Source: Planctomycetota bacterium (GTDB taxonomy: Bacteria; Planctomycetota; UBA1135; UBA2386). From it: a stretch of 64,000 nucleotides of DNA. The translations under genes were made by a program, and so were the position numbers. Each line of letters opens with the position of its first letter. Position 1 is the stretch's first letter. The stretch covers positions 4,320,001-4,384,000 of the forward strand of contig JBKAGP010000001.1 in NCBI GenBank assembly GCA_046290465.1, in the 5' to 3' direction. The notes under the pieces are model-generated. The model was not told the DNA's origin. It saw nothing but the letters and a program-made list of their open reading frames with translations, and searched no databases. Shown in pieces: positions 48,202 through 58,277 of this stretch.

Positions 48202-50136
48202 ATGGAGCACCCCTTCAAGCTGTCGTTGGTCGCGCTGATGCTGGCAGCGGGCCTGTCCGCCCACGGTGGGCAATACCGGGGACCGAAGATCATCCCGTTG
48301 CCCGTGCAGCTGCCGCCGGGCGTGCCGCGGGCGCCGTTGACGCCGCGCTCGACGCCCGCGCCGACGCCGGCACCGACGACCGGGGCGCGCGATGTGGTCG
48401 CGTTCTCGCGCACATGGCAGACCTGGTGGGAGTTCAACAAGGAGCCGTTCCTGGTGCCGCGCGTCCGCGGCGAGCAGGCGCCGGTCACCGGCTCGGACGA
48501 CTTCTACCTCGGTCCGCGCGGCTCGAAGCGCACGTTCGACGTGCTCAAGCCGACCGACGAGGACCGCACCGACCGGATCGTGCCGGCGCTGGCCGCGCTG
48601 ATCGAACGCGAACGCAACCGCGACGTGCAGACCGCGTGCCTGGTCGCGCTCGGCAAGGTCGGGCGGGACGGCAAGGACGACAACGGCAAGCTCATCGAGC
48701 TCGAGGCGCTGATCCGTTCGCGCGTGAGCCGCGACAACCAGGAGGTGCGCGAGACCGCCGTGCTGTCGCTCGGCATCGCGGGCCGTCGCGAGGCGCTCGG
48801 GATCCTGACCGACCTGTTCGAGGACACCGCCGCCGGCCGCAAGCTCGCCGACCGCTCCAAGGTCCGCAAGCGCACCCGCGCCTACGCCGCCTACGGCCTC
48901 GGCCTGCTGGCGCGGCGGGTCGGCGATCCGGCGCTGTCGCAACAGGTGCACGACGTGTTGTGGCGGGCGCTGACCGACGACGAATACGACGACCGCGACC
49001 TGCGCGTGGCGATCGTCTCGGGGCTCGGCGTGCTGCGAGCGGACCCGGACCGTTCGGCCGACAAGCGGCTCGGCTGGCAGGCTGCCGAGAACCTGATGCA
49101 GTGGTTCGAGCAGGACCTCGGCCCGACCGAGGAGAGCCTGCAGGCGCACGCGCCGATCGCGGTCGCGCGGCTGCTCGGCCGCGGCACGTCGCGGGTGCAC
49201 CTGCGCGTCAAGGAACGCCTCGCGGCGACGCTCAACGCCCGCAAGCGCCGCGGCCAGCCGATCCTGCAGTCCTGCGCGATCGCGCTGGGCATGCTCGCCG
49301 TGCCGGCCGAGCAGCGCGCCGGGGACGAGCCGTTCAGCGAAGCGCTGCGGATCTACTACCAGAAGGGCAAGGACCGCACCGCGCAGCAGCTGGCGCTGAT
49401 CTCGCTCGGTCGCATCGGCGGCGGCGAGAACCGCGAGTGGCTGTCCAAGATGTATTCGAGGGCGCGCGCCGACTTCCAGCCGTGGGCCGCGCTGGCGCTC
49501 GGGCTGCAGGCGAAGCCGGCGGCCGAGGCCGGCACGCCCGACGTCGTGATCGGCGAGATGCTGCTCGACGACCTCGAGGACGCGTCGACCGACGACCTCC
49601 GTTCGGCGCTGGCCGTGGCCGTCGGCCTGACCGGCCTGCGCGACGCCGCGCCGACGATGCTGCGGCTGTTGAAGAAGCACGAAGGCGATGTGCGCACCGC
49701 CGGCTACCTCGCGATCGGCCTCGGGCTGCTGCAGGACACCAAGTCGGTCGCACACCTCGGCGAGGTCATGCAGCGCTCCGCGCGCCGCCCGTTCTTGCTG
49801 CAGCAGTGTGCGGTGGCGCTGGGCGTGCTCGGCGACCGGCACGCCAACGACCAACTGCTCGGCCTGCTCGAGAACAGCGAGAGCGTCGCGGTGCTGGCCG
49901 CGATCGCGTCGTCGATCTCGCGCATCGGCGACCGCCGCGCGATCGGGCGGCTGATCGAGATGACCGACGACAAGGGCCTGACCAAGCTGGGCCGCGCGTT
50001 CGTCGCCGCCGCGCTCGGCGGCGTCGGCGACAAGGACGAGCTGCCGTGGAACGTCCCGCTGAGCGTCGACGTCAACTACGCGACCGGCATCGACACGCTG
50101 ACGAACGGTTCGACCGGCGTGCTCGACATCCTGTGA
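48202..50136 (+). CDS. Exported HEAT-repeat protein
   Basis: Signal peptide, HGGQYRGP, WWEFNK and repeated A(I/V)ALG helical motifs. Confidence 0.8.
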   Translation: MEHPFKLSLVALMLAAGLSAHGGQYRGPKIIPLPVQLPPGVPRAPLTPRSTPAPTPAPTTGARDVVAFSRTWQTWWEFNKEPFLVPRVRGEQAPVTGSDDFYLGPRGSKRTFDVLKPTDEDRTDRIVPALAALIERERNRDVQTACLVALGKVGRDGKDDNGKLIELEALIRSRVSRDNQEVRETAVLSLGIAGRREALGILTDLFEDTAAGRKLADRSKVRKRTRAYAAYGLGLLARRVGDPALSQQVHDVLWRALTDDEYDDRDLRVAIVSGLGVLRADPDRSADKRLGWQAAENLMQWFEQDLGPTEESLQAHAPIAVARLLGRGTSRVHLRVKERLAATLNARKRRGQPILQSCAIALGMLAVPAEQRAGDEPFSEALRIYYQKGKDRTAQQLALISLGRIGGGENREWLSKMYSRARADFQPWAALALGLQAKPAAEAGTPDVVIGEMLLDDLEDASTDDLRSALAVAVGLTGLRDAAPTMLRLLKKHEGDVRTAGYLAIGLGLLQDTKSVAHLGEVMQRSARRPFLLQQCAVALGVLGDRHANDQLLGLLENSESVAVLAAIASSISRIGDRRAIGRLIEMTDDKGLTKLGRAFVAAALGGVGDKDELPWNVPLSVDVNYATGIDTLTNGSTGVLDIL

Positions 50137-50164
50137 GGCGCGGCCGACTCGCCGCGCGTTCGCC

Positions 50165-52504
50165 CTACTGCTGGTAGAAGTCGAACGCGTCGCTCAGCGC
50201 GAACAGGCCGTTGCTCGGGCTCGGCGTGAGCATCAGCGCCTGGAAGCGGAACATCTGGTCGCCCAGGCCCGGCGGCAGCGTCACCGAGAACTGGAAGTTG
50301 CCGGTCGGCAGTCCCGGGATCACCACGACGCCGTCGCTGTGGTCGAGCCACAGGCCGGAGATGCCCAGGTCGATCGGCGGCGCGGCCGGCGTGTGGATCT
50401 GCAAGAACAGGCCGCCGACGTGCGCGTTGTGCGTGCCGCCCGGTGACGTGACCTCGAGGTCGAGCGTGTCGCCGGCCGCGACGCGCTTGCCGCACGTCGT
50501 ATCGAAGGCGCCGCCGTTGACGGCGGTCTTCAGCACCAGGTCCTCGTTGGTGCCCGGCATGTTGCACCAGCGGGCGGTCGTCATGACCTCGGGCGCCGAG
50601 CCACCGGTCGCCATGTAGGCGTCGAACAGGTCCTGGCCGGCGTCCGCGAGGAACGTCGAGGTGCCCGGGTTGGCGAGCAGCAGGAACTGCACGTATTCCC
50701 AGCTCGACGTCTGGTAGAGCAGTTCGAACTCGGCGCGCGTCGCACCGGGCGGCGGCGTCAGCGCGACGTCGTCCCAGTAGTCGTAGACGCCGCCGGGAGC
50801 GGGGTTGCCGTACTGGGTCGCCGGCACCGGCAGCGCGTTGCGCTTCTCGGCCTCGTCGCGATCCATGCGATATGGCGGGATCCGGTTGTCGGACTTGACC
50901 TTGTTGTTGAGCACGAAGTGGAACGTCTCCTGCTCCGTGCCGGCCGGGCTCGCAGCGAGCTGCGCCAGGGTCATCGTGACGTTGCCGCTGACGCGATCGA
51001 ACGTCAGCGGCGTGGCCGGGTCGACGCCCATGGTCAGCAGCTGCAGCGCCCAGTCCTGCGTGATCGCGAGCTTGGTCTCGTAGACCCGCGCGTTGGGGTC
51101 GGTGATCGAGCTGACCGTGTGCTGCGTGCCGTTGACCGTCGCGGTGAATGGCTCGTAGGCGCCCTGCTCCTGCACGACGTTGAGGTCCTCGTCCATCCAG
51201 CGCACTCGCAGCCACATGCGGCGACCCTCGGGATAGCCGGTGATCAGCTTGTGGCCGGTCAGGTTGGTGACGCGCAGCGTGCTGTTGTCGCTGTGCACGT
51301 CGAGCGCGCCGGCGCGTTGCAGCGAGGCGCGCGCGCGCGAGACGCCGTCGTCGATCGCCGTGACCTGGCCGGGAGCGAGGTTCTGGCCGAGGCGCAGGCG
51401 GCTGGGGACCTGCGCATCGAGCCACTTGATCGCCTCGGGCACCCACGTGTTGCCGCCGGTCAGGTCGTGGCGGGGCAGGTCGGCGCGCACCGGGCCGAGG
51501 TTGAAGGCGGCGCCTTCGCCGACCACGGGTTCGACGTGGCACGACTGGCACGAGAACATGCGCATCGAGCCGTCGACGTAGTTGCCGCCGTTGTTGGCGA
51601 GCATCGCCTGGTCGTATGCGCGCCGGATCGCACCGCGCTGCAGGTCCTGCGGCAGGCTGCTGAAGTTGCCGACCGGCGTCGTCGACAGCGCGCTGGCGAT
51701 GTGCTCGCTGAACGTCCGCTCGACGATGCCGTACGCATACGGCGGGTTGTTGAACGCTGCCTTGCCGGCGACCGGTGCGCCCGGGATGCCGCTGAACGTG
51801 CCGGGCTGCAGCGGCGTCTGCGCGCCGTTGTTGGGTGCGAGGTCGCCGACCAGCGGGTTGGAGACGTCGTGGCAGGTGCCGCAGATCTTCGGCGAGCGGT
51901 GGAACACCGACTGCGCCCATGCGTGCGGTGCGGTCGGGTTGGAGTACGGGCCGTAGCGCGTCTGGTCGCCGGCCAGCACCGCCATGCCGCTGCCGTAGTA
52001 GCCCTCGGCCGGGTTGCCGCCGTCGTTGGCGACGAACGGCGCAAACTGCTTGCCGGCGTGCTCGCTGCCGTCGGGGTTGGTCAGCTGGTGGCAGATGCCG
52101 CACTCGATGCCGTTGTGGTCGGTCAGCGGGTCGAGCGCCGAGCCGTCGGTCGGCGTCGCGCGCCCTTCGTGCCAGCCGCGCGGCGAGTGGCAGCGGATGC
52201 AGTAGTCGCCGGCGCCGGGGATGTCGCCGTCGGCGATCGCGAGCGCCGCCCAGAACACCGGGTCGCGGCCCGCGAGCGCCATCATGCTGCCCTGCCACTG
52301 GTGCACGGGTTCGACCTCGGCGTCGTAGTTGCCGTGGCAGCCGATGCAGGCGTTGAGGCTGCCGAGGATCGCGGCTTCGCCGGGCTGCGTGCCCGGCATC
52401 TGCACGTCCGTCGGCGGCATGAACTGGAAGCCGACGTTGGTCAGCAGGAGCGCGAGCGAGCCCAGGCCGAGGAGCGGCAGGGCCTTGTTGGTGGTCGAGA
52501 GCAT
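50165..52504 (-). CDS. Pentaheme c-type cytochrome with shared C-terminal domain
   Basis: CIGCH, CIRCH, CGICH, CGTCH and CQSCH; WQGSMMALAGRDP; NLTGHKLITGYPEGRR. Confidence 0.88.
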   Translation of the reverse strand: MLSTTNKALPLLGLGSLALLLTNVGFQFMPPTDVQMPGTQPGEAAILGSLNACIGCHGNYDAEVEPVHQWQGSMMALAGRDPVFWAALAIADGDIPGAGDYCIRCHSPRGWHEGRATPTDGSALDPLTDHNGIECGICHQLTNPDGSEHAGKQFAPFVANDGGNPAEGYYGSGMAVLAGDQTRYGPYSNPTAPHAWAQSVFHRSPKICGTCHDVSNPLVGDLAPNNGAQTPLQPGTFSGIPGAPVAGKAAFNNPPYAYGIVERTFSEHIASALSTTPVGNFSSLPQDLQRGAIRRAYDQAMLANNGGNYVDGSMRMFSCQSCHVEPVVGEGAAFNLGPVRADLPRHDLTGGNTWVPEAIKWLDAQVPSRLRLGQNLAPGQVTAIDDGVSRARASLQRAGALDVHSDNSTLRVTNLTGHKLITGYPEGRRMWLRVRWMDEDLNVVQEQGAYEPFTATVNGTQHTVSSITDPNARVYETKLAITQDWALQLLTMGVDPATPLTFDRVSGNVTMTLAQLAASPAGTEQETFHFVLNNKVKSDNRIPPYRMDRDEAEKRNALPVPATQYGNPAPGGVYDYWDDVALTPPPGATRAEFELLYQTSSWEYVQFLLLANPGTSTFLADAGQDLFDAYMATGGSAPEVMTTARWCNMPGTNEDLVLKTAVNGGAFDTTCGKRVAAGDTLDLEVTSPGGTHNAHVGGLFLQIHTPAAPPIDLGISGLWLDHSDGVVVIPGLPTGNFQFSVTLPPGLGDQMFRFQALMLTPSPSNGLFALSDAFDFYQQ

Positions 52505-52673
52505 CGTCGGGTGGCGCGGATGGCGGGCGGGCGCGGGGTTGGCGGACGCTGGGCAGAAGGATACCCCGCCAATGCCGCCCGCCGAGGGCCCGCACTACCT
52601 CGCCGTCTCGCGCCGGTTACCGGATTCGGACCGGTCCCGATCCGGGACGGATCGCCCGGGTGCGATGCCGTGG

Positions 52674-54773
52674 CTATTTCGCCGCGCCGGAGCGCAGCTC
52701 GTCGACGATGCGGCCCATGCCGTAGACGTGCTGCAGCGCCTGCACGATCGCGTCGGTGTGCACACTGACCGCGCGCGCGACGTCCTGGGTGTAGTAGAAG
52801 TCGTTGGCGAGCGACTCGATGTTGCCGTCGAAGATCAGGCCGACGACGCGTAGGTCGCGGTCGACCACGCACGAGCCGGAGTTGCCGCCGACGATGTCGT
52901 TGGTGCTCGCGAAGCAGACCTTCTGCGAGAGGTCGACGGCGTCGCGGTTGTCGAGCCACGGCTGCGGGATGTCGAACGGATACTCGTTGCCGAACGACGC
53001 GCCGCGGCCGTAGAGGCCGTAGAACGTCGTCGCCCACGGCGCGACCGTGCCGTTGTAGTCGTAGCCCTTCACCGTGCCATCCGAGAACCGCAGCGTCATC
53101 GTCGCGTCCGGGCTGATGTCGGTGCCGTAGACCGCGAACAGGGCGCGACCGAGGCGGGTGCCCTGCGTCGCGAAGCCGCCGTCGAGCAATTCCTGGGTGC
53201 GCTCGGCGGCGCGCATCAGCGGCCACAGCACGCGCGCGACCCGCACGCCCAGGTCCTCGCTCGCGGCCCACCGTTCGGCGGCCTCCTCGGCTGTCAGGAT
53301 CTCGCGCACGAACCCGTCGCGCGTCAGCTTGCTGCGGCGCAGGTCGCCGAGCGCGGCGGCCCAGTTGGTGCCGCGACCGGAGCGGTGTTCGCCGCCGACC
53401 ACGGCCAGGTAGGCGTCGTCGCGCGGCAGCCACTTCTCGGCGCGTTCGAACTGGTCGACCAGCAGCGCGTGGGTCAGCGGGCTGCTGCCACCGCCGAACT
53501 GCAGCGCCTGTTCGCGCGCCTGCGTGCGCTGCTGTTCGTCGACCGTCTCGTCGAGTGCCTGCGCGACCAGCACGCCGCGCTGCAACACGCTCGAGAAGCC
53601 GGGCTGGTGGAACATCGTGCGCGGCAGCAGTTCCTTCTGCTTCTGTACGAGCACGTTGATCTCGCGCCACAGGTCGCCGTACTGCTTGCCGAGCTCCGGG
53701 CTCTCCGAGACCGCGCCGCGGAAGTGCAGCTCGTTGGCGCGCTTCTTGGCCATCAGGTCGTCGTCGTGCAGGCCGTCGAGCATGCCCTGGATGGCCTTGT
53801 AGCTGTTCTGCCAGCTCAGCAGCGTCGTCAGCAGGCCGGGCGCGCGGTCCTTGAACGGTTCGAGGATGCGGATGCTGTGGGCGAACTGCTCGACGACCAT
53901 CGGGTACTCGAGGTCGCGCTGCAGTTCGAGCTGCTGCATCGTCAACTGGCGGTTGGTGTTGCCCGGGTTGCCCGGCACGAACACCAGGTCGCCGTCGCGA
54001 GCGCCTTGCTGGCGCCACCGGAAGTAGTGCGCCGACGTGTCCGCCGGCTTGCCGTCGACGTAGGCCCGCACGAACGAGAAGTCGATGCTCCAGCGCGGGT
54101 AGGTGAAGTTGTCGGGGTCGCCGCCGTAGTGCGCGGTCTGCAGGTGCGGTGCCACGACGAGGCGCAGGTCGTCCCACACGCGGTAGCGGTAGAGCTGGTG
54201 CACGGCGCCCTGGTAGAGCGCGACGACCTGGTGCAGGTGGCCTTCGTGCGCCGCGTCGGCGGCCTGCACGATCGCGTCGATGTTCGCCTTGCGCTTGTTG
54301 GCCGCGGTGACGTCGTCGTCCTCGGCGGTGATGCCGTCGTCGACCCTGGCGGTGACGTCCTCCTGCGCCAGCAGCTGCTGCACGGTCAGGCCGGGGATCT
54401 TGACCTCGTCGTCGAGCGACGTCGCGGCGAAGCCGTTCTTGACCCAGTCGTCGGGTCCCTGCACCTGCGCGATCTGGTCCCGCACGCAGTGGTGGTTGGT
54501 CATGATCAGGCCCTGCGGCGACACGAACGACGCCGAACACCACGGGTTGTCGCGTTCGCCGAGGCGCAGCGCCCCGAGCCGCAGCGAGTCGAGCCACTTC
54601 TGGTCGGGCCGGAAGCCGTACTCCTTCTCGAGATACGCCAAGGGCGGGTTCTCGAAGGTCCACATCTTGCCGAGCGCGAGGTGGTCGGCCTCGAGCCTGG
54701 CGGTCGGATTCTGGGCGAACGTGGAGGCGCACAGCAGCAGCGCTGCGAGCGCGGTCGAAACCGGTCGGTGCAT
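52674..54773 (-). CDS. S46 family dipeptidyl peptidase
   Basis: GKMWT, CSASFVS..TNHHC, DNFTYPR, DATMTLR and DIVGGNSGS. Confidence 0.93.
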   Translation of the reverse strand: MHRPVSTALAALLLCASTFAQNPTARLEADHLALGKMWTFENPPLAYLEKEYGFRPDQKWLDSLRLGALRLGERDNPWCSASFVSPQGLIMTNHHCVRDQIAQVQGPDDWVKNGFAATSLDDEVKIPGLTVQQLLAQEDVTARVDDGITAEDDDVTAANKRKANIDAIVQAADAAHEGHLHQVVALYQGAVHQLYRYRVWDDLRLVVAPHLQTAHYGGDPDNFTYPRWSIDFSFVRAYVDGKPADTSAHYFRWRQQGARDGDLVFVPGNPGNTNRQLTMQQLELQRDLEYPMVVEQFAHSIRILEPFKDRAPGLLTTLLSWQNSYKAIQGMLDGLHDDDLMAKKRANELHFRGAVSESPELGKQYGDLWREINVLVQKQKELLPRTMFHQPGFSSVLQRGVLVAQALDETVDEQQRTQAREQALQFGGGSSPLTHALLVDQFERAEKWLPRDDAYLAVVGGEHRSGRGTNWAAALGDLRRSKLTRDGFVREILTAEEAAERWAASEDLGVRVARVLWPLMRAAERTQELLDGGFATQGTRLGRALFAVYGTDISPDATMTLRFSDGTVKGYDYNGTVAPWATTFYGLYGRGASFGNEYPFDIPQPWLDNRDAVDLSQKVCFASTNDIVGGNSGSCVVDRDLRVVGLIFDGNIESLANDFYYTQDVARAVSVHTDAIVQALQHVYGMGRIVDELRSGAAK

Positions 54774-54809
54774 CGTCTCGGAGGGTTCGGTCGGAGGGGG
54801 CCGACCAGC

Positions 54810-55991
54810 CTAACCGCGGTCCAGACGGGCGACGAGTTCGACGTGCTCGGTGTGCGGGAACAGGTCGCACAGGCGCATCGCCGTCACCCGGTAGCCGGCT
54901 TCGGTCAGCGGGCCGAGGTCGCGCTGCAGCGCCTCGGCGGCGCACGCGACGTAGACCAGCCGCTGCGGGCGGCTCTTCAGGACGGCGGCGACGCCGCCCT
55001 GCTGCAAACCCGAGCGCGGCGGGTCGACGACCATGACGTCGACGCCTTCGGGCAGCTCGGCCTTGGGGAACGACGCGCGCTGCACGCGGACCTGCGGCAG
55101 GTCGTTGTCGGCGGCGTTGGCCTCGGCGTCGCGGCACGCCGCCGCGTTGTCCTCGACGACCAGCACGTCGGTGGCGCCGGCCCTGGCGAGCCGCAGGCCG
55201 AACGCGCCGATGCCGCCGTAGCCGTCGACGACCCGCTTGCCGGTGACGTCGCCGCACATCGCGATCGCCGGCGCGTAGAGCAGTTGGTAGGCGCCGCTGT
55301 GGATCTGGTAGAAGCTGCCGGCGCTGATCCGGAACGTCAGGCCGTCGCGCTTGTCGACGATGTAGTCGCGGCCGCGCAGCGGCACGTGGCGGTCCCCGAG
55401 CAGGAACTGGTCGTCGCGGTCGCTGATCGAGTGGATCACGCCGACCAGTCGCCGCGGTCGACCGCGCTGCGGCAGGTCCTGGGCGGCCCGTTCGAGCAAT
55501 TCGGCGAAGCGCGGCCCGTCGGCGAACGGCCCTGGCCGCGTCACCAGCCCGGCGAGCACCTCACCGCTGCCGCTCGCCAGCCGCGCCCAGAACGCCTTGG
55601 CGATGCCGCGGCGGCGATTCGGCTGGAAGCCCTCGAGCCGCAGTTCGCGCAGGATGCCCTCGACGCGCTTGCCGAGCTCGGTCAGCCACAGGTCCTGCGT
55701 CTGGCACTCGTCGATGCGCACCACGTGGTGGCTGCGATACTCGTAGATGCCGAGCACCGGCTGGCGGTCGCGGTCCTGCCGCACCGGGTAGAGCAGCCGC
55801 GAACGGAAGTAGCGCTGCGGTCGCTGCGGCAACTGGTGCTCGATGCGCACGTCCCCGAGGAACGGCGCCAGCATCTCTTCGCACTCCCGCACCTTGTCGT
55901 GCAGCTGCCACGCCACCGGCTGGTCGAGCAGCGAGCAGCCACCACAGACCCCGAAGTGCCGACACGAAAAGGTCTGCTCACCAAAATCCAC
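54810..55991 (-). CDS. rlmD: 23S rRNA m5U methyltransferase, RlmD-like, lacking a TRAM domain
   Basis: CRHFGVCGGC Fe-S motif, SFYQ, DGYGGIG, DPPRSG, YVAC and DLFPHTEHVE. Start uncertain. Confidence 0.8.
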   Translation of the reverse strand: MDFGEQTFSCRHFGVCGGCSLLDQPVAWQLHDKVRECEEMLAPFLGDVRIEHQLPQRPQRYFRSRLLYPVRQDRDRQPVLGIYEYRSHHVVRIDECQTQDLWLTELGKRVEGILRELRLEGFQPNRRRGIAKAFWARLASGSGEVLAGLVTRPGPFADGPRFAELLERAAQDLPQRGRPRRLVGVIHSISDRDDQFLLGDRHVPLRGRDYIVDKRDGLTFRISAGSFYQIHSGAYQLLYAPAIAMCGDVTGKRVVDGYGGIGAFGLRLARAGATDVLVVEDNAAACRDAEANAADNDLPQVRVQRASFPKAELPEGVDVMVVDPPRSGLQQGGVAAVLKSRPQRLVYVACAAEALQRDLGPLTEAGYRVTAMRLCDLFPHTEHVELVARLDRG

Positions 55992-56021
55992 ACCACGCTG
56001 CTGTCGACGCACCCCCCGAGA

Positions 56022-56060
56022 GTAGCCGTACGGTACGCGGTTCATCCTCCAACTTTCGCG
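56022..56060 (+). repeat. GTAG-initiated REP-like arm
   Basis: GTAGCC followed by GTACGGTACGCGGTTCATCCTCCAACTTTCGCG; 56028-56060 is the exact reverse complement of 59928-59960. Confidence 0.85.
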
Positions 56061-56101
56061 CGCGGGCCTCGCCACCCGCGAACCCCCGCGCCGTTTCGCC
56101 G

Positions 56102-58006
56102 CTACGGGCAGATCACCAGGTCGACGCCGTTGCTCAGACTCAGCGGAACGTCGAACACGGCCTGCAGGTCGGCGCGCAGGCCGATCAGCGGCGGCAGGTT
56201 GGGGATCGGCAGCGGCAGCGAGCCGGCGCCGTTCGCATCCGTGGTGATCGGCACGACCCCGATCAGGTTGGCGGTGTCGACCAGCAGGATGCCCTGCGGC
56301 AGCACGGTGACCGCCGGCGCCAGCGCCAGCGCCAGCACCCCGGTCGTCGACGTTCCGGCGTTGCTCCAGGCGATCGTCGCGACGTCGCCGGGCGAGGTCG
56401 TCCCCGAGGCGTCGAGCAGGCTGGTGTTGCTGCCACCGAGCCCGGTGCCGTAGCGCTGCAGGCCGCACAGCGCAAAGCTCTGCGGTGCGGTCGTGGTGCT
56501 GTTGCCGCGCCGATCCGTCGCGGTCAGCGTGAAGTCGACGGTGGCGCCGTTGCTCAGCAACCCGGTCGGCGGCGTGAACTCGGCGCGATACAGGAGGCCG
56601 CCGAGGAAGCGCAGCGGCGTGCTGCCCGACGTGGTGCCGGCGATGTGCGTGATGGTCCAGTCGAGCGTCGCGCTGGCGACCGACGTCTCGCCGTCGTCGA
56701 CCATCGAGTCCTGGATCACGGCGCGCACGATCCATGGCCCTTCCGGATCGCTGCGCGTCGCCGCGAACGGCTCGACGTGCACGAACCGCGGCGGCTGCGT
56801 GTCGGCCGGGCCGGTGCCGTAATAGACCCGGTTGGTGTAGTTGCCGAACTCACCCTGCGCCGTCAGGATGTCGAACACCCCGTCGCCGTTGATGTCGCCG
56901 ACCGCGACGTCGAGCGTCGGGTCGGTGACCGGCGAGAACCCGGCCGTGCCGTTCTGCCGCGCGAACGAGAACGCGCCGTTGTTGACGTAGAGCTTCTCGG
57001 CGCCGTAGGTCAGCGAGCCGTTGACGAGGTCGAGGAAGCCGTCGTTGTCGCTGTCGACGAACAGCCACTCGTTGTCGTCCTGGCCGTTGCCGCCGGTCAG
57101 CGCGCTGGCCAACGTGCTGAACGAGAGGTTGCCGGTCGGGATCAGGTTGTTGCGCAGCACGGCGTCGGTCGTGCCGCTGACCGACAGGATCGCCAGATCG
57201 AGGTCGCCGTCGTGGTCGAGGTCGGCGGCCTCGGCCTCGTAGGTCAGGCTGCCGCCGGCCGGCAGCAGCGACGTGGTCACCGTCAGGAAGCGACCGGTGC
57301 CGTCGTTGAAGTAGATCTGCTGCCCCGCCGACTTGCCGACGTTGACGCAATCGAGGTCGAAGTCGTTGTCGACATCGAACAGGACCACGTCCTGCTGGTT
57401 GCTCTTGGGCGCGTTCGCGACGTGCGTCGCCGTGACGTTGCTGAAGTTACCGGCGCCGTCGTTGAGGAACAGCTTGAGCTGGCCGTTGTTGAGTTCGTCG
57501 TTGAGGAACAGGTCGTAGTCGCCGTCCTGGTCGACGTCGCCGTAGGCGCAGCCGGCCACCGCCAGGTTGAGCGCACCGAGGCGCTGCACCGACTCGTCGG
57601 TGAAGTTGCCGGTGCCGTCGTTGACGTAGAGCCGCTGCTGGCTCGGTCCGTTGCACGAGAACAGCAGGTCGAGGTCTCCGTCGTTCTCGATGTCGAACGC
57701 GATCGCGAGCGTTCCGCGGATCGCCGTGTTGGGGATGCGCGGTGTGGTCTCGTCGACGAACCCGAGGCCCTGCGCGATCTTGTTGATCAGGATCGTCGGC
57801 CGGATCGCCTGGCCGCTCGGCGACAGCACGTAGCCATTGGCGAACACGGCATCGAGGTCGCCGTCCCCGTCGACGTCGACGAGCAGGCAGCCCTCGCTGC
57901 GCACCGTCGGTCCGGTCACCAGGCCGACTTGCTGTTGGTAGAGATACTGGGCGTTCGCGAACGGACAGAGCGCGAGCGCAGCGACGGTCAGGTGGGTCGA
58001 TTTCAC
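56102..58006 (-). CDS. Exported FG-GAP/VCBS repeat protein with shared C-terminal domain
   Basis: Seven DxDxDGDxD-type repeats with NDGxGxF; ends LPIPNLPPLIG..SNGVDLVICP. Start at 58006 or 58027. Confidence 0.88.
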   Translation of the reverse strand: MKSTHLTVAALALCPFANAQYLYQQQVGLVTGPTVRSEGCLLVDVDGDGDLDAVFANGYVLSPSGQAIRPTILINKIAQGLGFVDETTPRIPNTAIRGTLAIAFDIENDGDLDLLFSCNGPSQQRLYVNDGTGNFTDESVQRLGALNLAVAGCAYGDVDQDGDYDLFLNDELNNGQLKLFLNDGAGNFSNVTATHVANAPKSNQQDVVLFDVDNDFDLDCVNVGKSAGQQIYFNDGTGRFLTVTTSLLPAGGSLTYEAEAADLDHDGDLDLAILSVSGTTDAVLRNNLIPTGNLSFSTLASALTGGNGQDDNEWLFVDSDNDGFLDLVNGSLTYGAEKLYVNNGAFSFARQNGTAGFSPVTDPTLDVAVGDINGDGVFDILTAQGEFGNYTNRVYYGTGPADTQPPRFVHVEPFAATRSDPEGPWIVRAVIQDSMVDDGETSVASATLDWTITHIAGTTSGSTPLRFLGGLLYRAEFTPPTGLLSNGATVDFTLTATDRRGNSTTTAPQSFALCGLQRYGTGLGGSNTSLLDASGTTSPGDVATIAWSNAGTSTTGVLALALAPAVTVLPQGILLVDTANLIGVVPITTDANGAGSLPLPIPNLPPLIGLRADLQAVFDVPLSLSNGVDLVICP

Positions 58007-58277
58007 GGGTGCATCCGAGGGGCCCACGGAGTGTAGCGGGCGCCTCGCTGTCTGCGAGCCGCGCCGCTACTCGGGGGTGAAGCGGATGCGGTGGACCTGC
58101 ACCTCGGTCGCGGAGTGCGTGACCAGCAGTTGGTGCTCGACCGAAAGTTCGAAGTGCTCGACGCGGTGGGGGCGTCATCGTGGTGCCCGGCCCGGTCCCC
58201 GCCGACGCCAGGGTGTCCTTGCCGATGTAGCCGCTGGCACCTTGACGGCGGGATCGCAGGTCGCGAACACTCGTCAT

